DNA of 64,000 bases from assembly GCA_964187785.1 (NCBI GenBank), contig OZ076415.1, positions 33,480,001 through 33,544,000 of the forward strand. Direction: 5' to 3'. Under the pieces are notes generated by a model. It made no database searches and had not been told where the DNA came from. It was given only the letters and a program-made list of their open reading frames with translations. The DNA comes from Amphiscolops sp. MND2022. Taxonomy: Eukaryota. Positions 1 through 9,132 of the stretch are shown one piece after another (position 1 is the stretch's first letter; every line of letters starts with the position of its first letter). The position numbers and the translations under genes are program-made.

Positions 1-45
1 GCCAGATCGTGCAAAATTCTAAACCTGCTTACAACTATCAAGGAG

Positions 46-1839
46 ATGACAAGTATAGATCAATTAGATTACGAGGAAAATGTGTTTAGGTCAAGACGTT
101 TTGACAAAATTTACCGCTATATCAAAGAAATCAAATCACCTGACAGACTCCCCTCAGTTATGCACTATAGAGACAAGCAAGTCCAAACTGATACTGACAA
201 AGCGAATTTATTTAACAATTGGTTCGCAAGTGTGTATAACATTGCTACCCAATTGTTGGAATCCGATGATTTGGTAAATACTGAACCAAGGATTATAACC
301 AGCAGTATACACTTCAGCGTGCGCGATATTGTTAAAATACTGTCTAATTTAAACGTGAACAAATCACGTGGACCAGACAATATTCCGAATATTTTCCTGA
401 AAAAGTGTGCCGAATCTTTAGCCCCGTCAATTTACCTACTCCTGAGGACCGCTGCAAATAAGCACAAATTCCCGTCAGCATGGAAAGATGCCACAATAGT
501 TCCGCTGTTCAAAAAGGGTGATAAGAGCTGCGTTGAAATGTATCGCCCAGTGGCGCTCCTTTGCACGATATCGAAGGTCTACGAACGCATACTATACGAT
601 GCCATATATGCACACGTCAAGGATGATATAAATTCTTCTCAGTACGGCTTTTCTAGAAACAAATCTGCCGTTCTTCAACTTTTGGACTATGTGGACGATA
701 TCTACCGAGCTAGAGAAAATCAGGATATTTCTTACTTTGCGACAATATACATCGATTTCGAAAAAGCCTTTGATAAAATTTGCCACAACATCCTTTTACG
801 GAAGCTATGGTCAGCTGGGATTCAGGGGGGTCTACATGACATACTTAGGGATTACCTTAGTAACAGAAGGCAAAGAGTTAGAGTAAACAGCAGTTTGTCG
901 GATTACAAATACGCCACAAGTGGTGTCCCCCAAGGGTCGCTGCTGGGACCACTAATGTTTGTCATTTACATCAATGATGTAGTTAAAAACTTGAGCGTGG
1001 ATTCCAAATTATTCGCTGATGACCTAAAACTATATTCTGACGACCATCAAAATCTCCAATTATCCTTGAGACATATCCTTGAATGGTGTAATTCCAACAG
1101 AATGAGCGCCAATATTAGTAAATGCGGTTATCTGCTATTCAAGGGCAAAGACCAGGGACCCTTTTTGTTTGGAAATTCCGTTTTTGAGAGAAAACAATGT
1201 GAAAAGGACCTGGGAGTTATCATCTGTGACAATCTGAATTGGAGCGAACATATTAAAAGTAGAGTTTCTAAAGCCTATAGCATGTTTCACATGATCAGAA
1301 GAAATGTTTCCCCGAGAACATCCAAAGGAGCGAAAATGAACTTATATCGTGGTTTATTAGTCCCAATTTTAACTTATGGCATGCAAGTTAGCCATGCAAA
1401 TACCAATTCGCTTTCTGCTTTAGAATTGTTTCAGGCACGCGTTACGAAATGGATCGACCATGAGCCAGATTACAAAATGAGACTACACCGCCTGAATTTA
1501 TTACCAATCTCGCTATACATTGAGTTACATGATATCCTTCTTTTGAGTCGAATAGTCAATGACAAGTACAACTATGACTGGGAGCCGAAGGTACGTTTTC
1601 CCCCTTCAGATAAAAGAACGAGAGCTGCCGAGTCCGAATTATTTGTACTACCGAAACTGCGATTATCTTCAAGTAGACAAAATTTCTGGTACCGGTCTAT
1701 TGCGATTCACCAAGCGACCAAGAAAGACATTGACCTACTATCTCCCACAATTAAAGAAGATCTTACCAAAGTTTTCAAAGAATATTTTGCCAATTCCTAC
1801 AATTATCATATAAAGTCGACGTGGAAAATGACGAGTTAG
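46..1839 (+). CDS. Non-LTR reverse transcriptase (ORF2, 5'-partial)
   Basis: Motifs KSRGPDNIP, YRPVALL, QYGF, YIDFEKAFDKI, GVPQGSLLGPLMF, FADD, KDLGV. No stops or frameshifts. Confidence 0.92.
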   Translation: MTSIDQLDYEENVFRSRRFDKIYRYIKEIKSPDRLPSVMHYRDKQVQTDTDKANLFNNWFASVYNIATQLLESDDLVNTEPRIITSSIHFSVRDIVKILSNLNVNKSRGPDNIPNIFLKKCAESLAPSIYLLLRTAANKHKFPSAWKDATIVPLFKKGDKSCVEMYRPVALLCTISKVYERILYDAIYAHVKDDINSSQYGFSRNKSAVLQLLDYVDDIYRARENQDISYFATIYIDFEKAFDKICHNILLRKLWSAGIQGGLHDILRDYLSNRRQRVRVNSSLSDYKYATSGVPQGSLLGPLMFVIYINDVVKNLSVDSKLFADDLKLYSDDHQNLQLSLRHILEWCNSNRMSANISKCGYLLFKGKDQGPFLFGNSVFERKQCEKDLGVIICDNLNWSEHIKSRVSKAYSMFHMIRRNVSPRTSKGAKMNLYRGLLVPILTYGMQVSHANTNSLSALELFQARVTKWIDHEPDYKMRLHRLNLLPISLYIELHDILLLSRIVNDKYNYDWEPKVRFPPSDKRTRAAESELFVLPKLRLSSSRQNFWYRSIAIHQATKKDIDLLSPTIKEDLTKVFKEYFANSYNYHIKSTWKMTS

Positions 1840-1909
1840 GCGAAATCCGGACAACTTTAAGGAGAACCTGTGGAATTCTGGGACCCTGTCCCCTCCTTCG
1901 GGAAAAACC

Positions 1910-1910
<1 letters not shown>

Positions 1911-1942
<32 letters not shown>
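1911..1942 (+). repeat. (ATT)n LINE 3' tail
   Basis: About ten ATT units about 70 nt after the RT stop codon. Confidence 0.9.
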
Positions 1943-1943
<1 letters not shown>

Positions 1944-2140
1944 GTCCAAACAATTTAGAGAAATTTCAAGTAATTCTAGAATGTTTCTAAATCCATTGTT
2001 GTTTGAAGTTTTTTATTTGGAAATCTCTAATAAATCAGCACTCCAAGTGTCATCAATGTGTTTCACAATAGATTATTTTAGTTTCATAAATTTTATTAGG
2101 TGGTTTGAAGTACGTTTCATTGATGAATATTTTAGTTAAC
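1943..2140 (-). pseudogene. Maverick retroviral-like (rve) integrase, N-terminal part
   Basis: IFINETYFKPPNKIYETK / KHIDDTWSADLLEISK*KTSNNNGFRNIL resembles the Maverick integrase start (IDEIYSKPP..NY.T..HIDD.WS.D..NN.GYRY). Truncated by the LINE tail. Confidence 0.8.
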
Positions 2141-2164
2141 TCCTGTTTGATCAATTATATTACG

Positions 2165-2290
2165 AAGTTGGAAATCATTGTTTCGTCTGGAGCTTCGAAT
2201 TTTGCCTAGAAAACAATCTACATATCTTTTATTTACAAGCTGATTTTCATTCGTATGTGTTGTAGGGTTTTGAATATCAAAGCCCACCCC
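2165..2290 (-). pseudogene. Fibre-like repeat unit, copy 1
   Basis: IQNPTTHTNENQLVNKRYVDCFLGKIRSSRRNND, an NKxYVD-type motif. The DNA is a diverged duplicate of 3140-3199 joined to 4305-4360. Confidence 0.55.
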
Positions 2291-2299
2291 TTATGTTAA

Positions 2300-2500
2300 A
2301 TCAGCGATTGTACTTCTTTTGCCCTAAATACCGAACCTTCCAGTAAGTGCAGCAGATGACTAAAAAGCTCGTGCAGATTTGATAGCCAAACTAGCTCCTA
2401 AATTAGAAGTCTATCTGAAATGCTCTAGCAGTGTTTTCCAGTATTTTCTTCCCGACTTCTTTACCTATTGGTTATAATACTTTATTAAAAACGTTCTTAG
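2300..2500 (-). pseudogene. Small basic Maverick ORF remnant (PW/core-protein-like)
   Basis: PIGKEVGKKILENTARAFQI / NLGASLAIKSARAF*SSAALTGRFG resembles small conserved Maverick proteins (recalled pattern only). Confidence 0.4.
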
Positions 2501-2559
2501 AGGACTTTAAGATTTTCCTCCACCTTCATTATATAATTGAGCCTTTCTCTTTTTATCCA

Positions 2560-2965
2560 TTAAAAATTTCTCAAGAATTTTTTGATAGAGAAAACGTTGT
2601 CATAATTTTGTAACCTGTAAGATGTGTATACCCTCGTCTTGACTTTTCAAAATATTGTTTTGACAGCAGTCACACTGGCTAAAAATGAAGCACCTCTTGC
2701 ATAGGGGACACCGATACTAGCTCTCACACCTGTTATAGTTAAACTACTGCCTACAACTAATCCGATTACACCTGCAAGATTTCTCAAAAAAGTAAGGTAT
2801 ACATTTCTTCTGTTCAGACTTTTATACTTTTCCCCATAGCGTTCATTGTGTTTTTGAGGGATTTTGGTATGTTTTCGTGATTGTGTTTCTCTGTTTGGTA
2901 TTTCAATTCTCTTATTCGATAGTCTTTGGTGAGTAGATCTTCTGAATTAGGATATGTCTTTTGAC
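2560..2965 (-). pseudogene. Maverick hydrophobic (PM-like) protein remnant
   Basis: EDLLTKDYRIRELKYQTEKHNHENIPKSLK / NERYGEKYKSLNRR..LAGVIGLVVGSSLTITGV..IGVPYARGASFLASVT: charged N-terminal half followed by a Gly-rich hydrophobic hairpin. Confidence 0.6.
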
Positions 2966-3199
2966 ATGTAAAAAACTCCTCAACACCTTTTTCTGTGTCT
3001 GTATCTTTTCCAAAGCGCGAGATTTTATAAGGTTTATTTCATAATCTGTAAACCCAGTGTGTCTCAAATTCCTTTCGTCTGTTATTGATAAATGTAATAA
3101 TACCGATCATTCAAGTATAACATCTTCAAAACAACTCTCGACATCATTGTCTCGTCTGGAGCTTCGACTTTTGCCTAGAAAACTATAGTATATATCTAC

Positions 3200-4304
3200 T
3201 AAGAACCAAGCCATCTTGGAAGAAGTTATGCGACGCGTGCCGTTAACTACCCTCAAGCGCGCTGTTAATTACCCTCTTGAGTCGAGTCAACTTGTTGACA
3301 ACAGTTCGAGAGTCTCTTGGAGTGAGTGATGATGAAGAATAAACAAGCCATTTTCAAAGGAAGACGACAACTAATGGAATTCCATTCAGGAAAGTTTACG
3401 CCGACTTAGGACAATTAACCGGGGTTTTAGCCGCTAAATTGATGTAAATGTCTCGTATATGGAGTCGCACGGACTTAACTGTGACTGAAGATGTTGAAAT
3501 ATGATTTGTTCATTTTAGAACTACCGCGTTTGGGTGCTGTTCGTTTGACACGATGGTGACCTAGGTAGGACCTAGCTAGGACAGCCGTCTGAGCCGTGCC
3601 CTAACTTGCGAGGATCTTGATGAAGGAGCTACTCAAGTGTACATGTAGAGTGAGATGAAACATACGTCAGTTCATCCAGAAATTGTACAGGTGTGAACAC
3701 TTTCTGCTACTGCTTGCTATACAACAGGTGCAGCCCAGAAGGTAGTCTTATCCTTGTGAAGTTTGGACATTCGGTCCACTTGACAGCAACAACAAACTTG
3801 AATCACATATGTCGAACGAACTCTTAATCTTTGAATACGTGTACATTTTTATCTTCATCTATATTTGTTTTGCTGATGCTGTAAAAAACTTTCATTTGGA
3901 AATTTTCAGACTCTTTTTTCAATTTACTTTCAAGATTCAAGCATTTTCTTCCAAGTTACTCCTCTCAAGGTTCAGGCATTTTCTTCCAAGTTACTTCCAA
4001 GATCAGGCATTTTCTTCCAAGATACTTCCAAGATCAGACATTTTCTTCCAAGTTACTTCCAAGATCAGGCATTTTCTTCCAAGTTACTTCCAATATCAGA
4101 TATTTTCTTGCAAGATCTTGCAAGACCAGACATTTTCTTGCAAGATCTTGCAAGACCAGACATTTTCTTGTAAGATCTTGCAAGACCAGACATTATCTTT
4201 CAAGATCTTTCAAGATACCTGCAAGAATAATGCATTGTCTTCCAAGATCTTGGAAGTGAAATCTGACAGATTCTTGCAAGAAATGTATGGGAGTTCGACT
4301 GGGG
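3200..4304. mobile_element. Unclassified composite insertion in the fibre-like gene
   Basis: Flanked by TATCTAC at 3193-3199 and 4305-4311; the Maverick repeat resumes on both sides. Right end GTTCGACTGGGG; no matching left TIR. Confidence 0.5.
3940..4260. repeat. Degenerate ~30-bp tandem repeat
   Basis: Units such as TTCCAAGTTACTTCCAAGATCAGGCATTTTC grading into TTGCAAGATCTTGCAAGACCAGACATTTTC. Confidence 0.85.
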
Positions 4305-4830
4305 TATCTACATATCTTTTATTTACAAGCTAATTTTCATTCGTATGTGTTTTAGAGTTTACAATATTACCTCTTGTGTTACTAAATCTAACATTGTGTA
4401 AATCATTATCTCTATCTGATGCGACCAAATTAACGTTGAAAGTCGTTTATCAATTAAATTTTGGTGACGTTAAACTACTTTCGAGAGCTATACAAATTCC
4501 CCATCCAATTTCAATTTTGCATCTTCACGTGATCTTAGTACAGTTTTTCCATCAAATTTGGCTGTTATATAATCTGTTAATGAATCTGTAATCGATTTAG
4601 TACATTGTTCGAGTGGATGCTCTGGGTTTTCTGACATAACTACTGTCAAAACCAAACCAGTGAAAGTGGTGTTTTTGTATATGTTGTTTTTATTATTCCA
4701 AACGATTAGGTTAATATCAAGTTCACTAATTGTGACAAAACTGTTAGTGAGACTCTAAAAGTCTTTTCAGGATTGGGTAGATTTTCATTTTCATTTTTAT
4801 TTCTCTTCTCTATCTCGCGTTCCAAAAAAA
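4305..4830 (-). pseudogene. Fibre-like gene remnant, copy 2 region
   Basis: THTNEN*LVNKRYVD at 4305-4360, continuing into ..FLGKSRSSRRDND at 3140-3190 once the insertion is removed. Confidence 0.5.
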
Positions 4831-4919
4831 CTAGCATCAGGATTAACTTTTTGGGGCAATATTTGAATTTTTACTAGAACTCTTATCCGAATTTCCAGGT
4901 ATGCCTATTTTGTCATTCA

Positions 4920-5410
4920 TTTGAAATAATGAATAAAATCGCTTGTTGAAAACCAAAATTTTTATTTTTCATCAAATCGAGAAAGTATAAAAAATAGCTT
5001 TGACAATTTTATCATTTGTTTTGAATTGGATTTGAAAAAGTATAACATTTACATACATATTCTGGGAATTTGTCCGCGAAACGGTTAGATATTATCAGAG
5101 GTTCAACAAAAGATTATTTAAAGTTAAAATGTTTAGTTTGAAAAGCCACAAACCGAGTTCATGTTTTATGATTATCCACTTTTTTGATACGTTTTTTGGA
5201 TTTGGGTTCATCTGTTCTTATAAACCAAATCCAAAAAACGTATCAAAAAAGTGGATAATCATAAAACAAAGTGGACTAAAAGACTTTACCATATACATAT
5301 ATGTATATGGTAAAGTCTTTTAGTCCTATTCTATTGGCAATTTCGACTATTTTAGAGTTTTTCGTTGCTTCATTCCGTTACCCATGATCTTTTATAATAC
5401 TGTTTGAAAT
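4920..5410 (-). pseudogene. Maverick adenain-like cysteine protease
   Basis: With 5222-5299 removed, one frame reads IANRIGLKDFTIYIRTDEPKSKKRIKKVDNHKT*TRFVAF..FK*SFVEP..PIQNK**NCQSYFLYF. This matches the NLD..GTHWV / YFDS(F/Y)G.PP / IQ...C..YCLY pattern. Confidence 0.7.
5163..5326. repeat. Two adjacent perfect inverted repeats
   Basis: 43-bp arms at 5163-5205 and 5225-5267 with a 19-nt loop; 54-bp loopless palindrome at 5273-5326. Confidence 0.95.
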
Positions 5411-5424
5411 CAAATATATACTAA

Positions 5425-6856
5425 TTAATCGACGCTGACCATCGCTCGGTTCTGAGATACATTTTTGAGCTAAAACTAAAGCTGTTGCTTAATAATCTCC
5501 ATACCTGCGTCAAAACCAGCTCTGAATTTCAATTTATATTGAAATTGTTGAGCAGAAGGTTTATCTTTCTGTGTTCTCAGATCGCCTACCCAAAGAGGGT
5601 CAACTTCTTTAAAATAATTGAAAGATATGTAAGGGCTTTTTCCTTCACATTGAATAAAACATTTATAGAAACGTCTCACTTCGTTATATACATCATTGTA
5701 TCTGTTTCTTTTAAATTCTCTATGATATTAGTTCTCGGGATATCTGCCTGTACCTACTTTGCAAAATGCTTCAAAAAATCTAGTCTTTGGAATTAGAGTT
5801 AGTTTGTTCTTGATTTGGCAAAGTTTTCGCTTGGCTTTGGCACTCAACTATTACGTAAATTGGGAGATCAAAACCTGATTCAGTTCCAATTTCCATCATC
5901 CAATTGTCGTTAGAAGTGACTGTTTTGTGTAACTCTCCTTGAAACACATAAGTATTCTGTACTTATTCTGAGCTTCAATGATAATCGGTTACAGAGGAAA
6001 TATTTTCCTTGCTCAGTGTATCATGTCTCTTAAACAAACTATATTTTTAATTTCACTTCTCGTTATACCAGCGATTGTTCTATAGATAGAATTACCAGTG
6101 TCTGTTCTTTTTAATGTGAGTATGTACTCCATTGCATATTTAATTTCATAATGATGAAATTCAAGTGCAAAAACGTCCTACAAGTTAATTCTTATGAATA
6201 CAGATTTTTTTCCATCCGTATCGTTGAGTAGTCTGTTTCTCTTTTCGATATCAATAGCTGTCGTTGGTTGGTTGCATCATCCTTATAGAATGTCATCGTG
6301 TTGTCTTCTTTATCTCAACGGAATTCATACTTAGAAGATGCTTGGTAAACATTATCAACTCGATCAAGGTTCTTTGATCCGAAGGAAGATAGTGTCATCT
6401 CCCAGAACAAGGATCTTCCAAAAACGTTATTCGGTTGAAAATCATTTTCATCAGCATAGTGTATCATCATTTTGTCGAGGAGACATGTGCTTCAATTTAT
6501 AAAAAGGAGTCTTTGATGTTAATGAATACATCTTCGCTAAGATTTAATACTTTGGAAGGAACACTTCCATTCATACTAGTAGTGCTTGTGGGTCTATAAT
6601 GATCGAACTCTGTCTTTAATCAAGTTCGATTTTCTTTTCAGGTTCATCAAGTTGATAATGTTTTGTTTTGGTTGTTTCTACAGAGTTACCAGACTTTTAA
6701 AATATAAAAACGAGTTTCTCTCTTGTGGAGTGCCACAAACCTACCAGCTGTTAATCGTTTCAGTTTTTTTGTTTCTCTCTCTTAATTTTCTTTTGGGTTT
6801 TGATTTATTTTTAATAAATCACTGGTAACTGTTTTTTTCTTTGGATGAAACGTCAT
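5425..6856 (-). pseudogene. Maverick double-jelly-roll major capsid protein
   Basis: Fragments NNVFGRSLFWEMTLSSFGS, NDNWMMEIGTESGFDLPIYVIVECQSQ, FCKVGTGRYPEN, SPYISFNYFKEVDPLWVGDLRTQK follow the order of Maverick MCP motifs. ATG lies 6 nt from the LTR junction. Confidence 0.8.
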
Positions 6857-6862
6857 TTATAT

Positions 6863-7367
6863 TGTAGCAATGCGCTATTTCTAATTTAGTTCATTTTCCC
6901 AACAGAGGAAATTGACTCAGAGACATAATAATTTCCAAAGCGGAATTATTAGAGCATTTTAATTTCTAAGCGAATAGCAACGCGCTAAAAGGAAATTGCA
7001 ATTCCCAAATTCCTTTAATGCTCAGCCAATAGGAAAAAGCCACGCGACAGTAGAACTGTCCTGAGCTGGAAAGAGAAATACAGGTACCCATTCCAACGCG
7101 GAACACTGAGAATTCACTCGCTCTCTTCTCTTCTCTTTCTTTCCTTACTTTGCTCTCTGACTTAAAACTCTCCCTTAAATTCAGCTGACAAAGAGTCCTG
7201 AATTTTAACTTAGAAATATTCTAAAGTCTGAAATGCTCGACTTAGAAAATTATTCTATCTTATAAACACCCCACTTCTAATTTACCTTCACTTTATAACA
7301 ATTTTTTGAGACTTATTGCAAAGTTAGAAAGCGAGTCCTAAGTAACTAAAATCACCGGTTTACAACA
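6863..7367 (+). repeat. 5' LTR
   Basis: Identical to 18583-19087 except at 7048/18768 (C/T) and 7308/19028 (G/T). CCAAT box near 7026. Confidence 0.97.
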
Positions 7368-7369
7368 TC

Positions 7370-7381
7370 TGGTGCGACCAG
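7370..7381 (+). promoter_or_regulatory. Primer-binding site (PBS)
   Basis: TGGTGCGACCAG 2 nt after the 5' LTR, complementary to a tRNA CCA end. Primer tRNA not assigned. Confidence 0.75.
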
Positions 7382-8029
7382 AGCAAAGAACAAAATCACT
7401 CCGCAATTTGTACGACCATAAAACCGAGCGTACAAAATAAATCTCTTTTCCCTGTGGTGGGTCCTATTTTGCAAAACTGAAATATTTAAAGCAAATATTT
7501 TTGAGAAAATTCAAATTCTTGTTTTTGCAACACTTAGTATCTAAAGCAGATACTAAACAAAATTTCAATTTTTGCAACATTTAGTAATCCAAAGCAGATA
7601 CTAAACAAAATTCATACTCTTGGTACTGAGTCTAAACAGTATCAACTAACGCTAGCTTCGGTATTAGCGTGTGCGGGTTCCGTGGAAGAAATTTATTTCT
7701 GACACACGAGTGTTCCTTAAATTGCACGATCCCAGCGAGGTTTCGCAAGAAATTGGAAAGTCCATATTTCACCTCGCCTGCTGCCTTGGAATCTAGCATT
7801 TCGTGTTAAGGCTTAAATACGCAGAAACTGTCCGTTTCAAAGGAGCAACAAAACTCCAAAAATATATATTTGCCAAAGGATCAAAGAGATTCCTTTGTGA
7901 ACAATTTCTATATGTGTATTGGAGCAAAGAAACTTCTACACAAAAAACCAGTCTGTTATTGCCAGAAATAATAACAAAATTGTCAATTGTGAAAAAAAAG
8001 GAGCAAAATAAACGTGATTAAATAGACAA

Positions 8030-9132
8030 ATGGCAAACACTGTAGCGTACCCTGACTTAGCATTAGAAAAATTCATTGGAATTGACTCAAGTGAAGATCC
8101 AACTGCCTTTACTCGTTTGTTAGAAAAGAAAATCAGCTTCTCGCTAGGAAGTAGACCTACGGCAAATGAGAACGGCCAACAAACCGTTTATGACGACCGT
8201 AGAAAAGCACTTTTTGGATCAGTCCTACGCGGACCTGCGGCTGAGTGGTTTGATTCACTAGACGCTGCGTTAACATGGGAAGAATGAAAACACAGTTCAT
8301 AAACAGGTTCACGGACGGAAAAATGCAATATAGATTCCGAATTGAGGCCGAGAATCTGAAAAGACAGCCTGATGAAAATATAAAAAGTTACATCCACAGA
8401 ATAAAAACGTTGGTAGACAAAGGCTGGCCAACACCGTCAAATGCGAATCAAGAGGCTATCACAGCATGCGAAAATCAGAGAATTGGGAAGTACAAAGACT
8501 ACTTCATAAGAGGCTTAATGCCCCCGGGTCTTAAACAGAAAGCCCATCAAGCAATGATTGAAGATCCCAACAAATCATGGGACGCTTTACAGGCTCTTAT
8601 CATAAATAAAGATATGAGTTTAGTTGTGAGTGCCGAAATGTCCGGCTTGCAACCTTCAAGTTCCCAAACTTCAACAGGGACAATGGACGCCCGTTTCACT
8701 AACATAGAGAAAACATTGAATGAAATCACCAACATGGTGAAAAATCATCAAATCAATGCTACCTATGACCCGAACAACCCAAAAATGAAACAAGACTTTA
8801 CTAGATTTTGCAACTATTGCAAAAAATCCGGACACACAATCAAGTACTGTTGGACATTGAAAAAGAAGAAAGAAAACGAGGAAAAACCTCCTCCCCAACC
8901 AAAAGAAACATATGCGCAAAACTATCCAAGTCGACCCAAGTCTCCGAATAATAACACATCGCAATCGGACAATCGGTCCAACGGCCAAAGAGGCAGAAGT
9001 AATAGTCCTTATGTTTCAAATAGCTATCGAAGCAGAAGTAACAGCTACTCTGGAGCTGTTCGGTTCGAAGCAAGGCCTGACAAGGTGAATTCTTTGTATG
9101 ACACTCTGCAGTCATGCAATCCTTTAAACTAA
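8030..9132 (+). CDS. gag: Gag with one internal frameshift near 8283
   Basis: 8030-8287 (KFIGIDSSEDP..LRGPAAEWF) continues in the -1 frame (KTQFINRF..CNYCKKSGHTIKYC, a CCHC knuckle). Confidence 0.85.

Larger units (their letters stand above)
1..1942 (+). mobile_element. CR1/L2-group LINE, 3' part (runs off the left edge)
   Basis: Frame is open from base 1 to the stop at 1839. It is followed by a short 3' UTR and an (ATT)n tail at 1911-1942, which abuts a Maverick integrase remnant. Confidence 0.9.

Noticed and set aside
3809-4333. 174-aa ORF
   Set aside because: It is a translation of the ~30-bp tandem repeat; low complexity and no domain.
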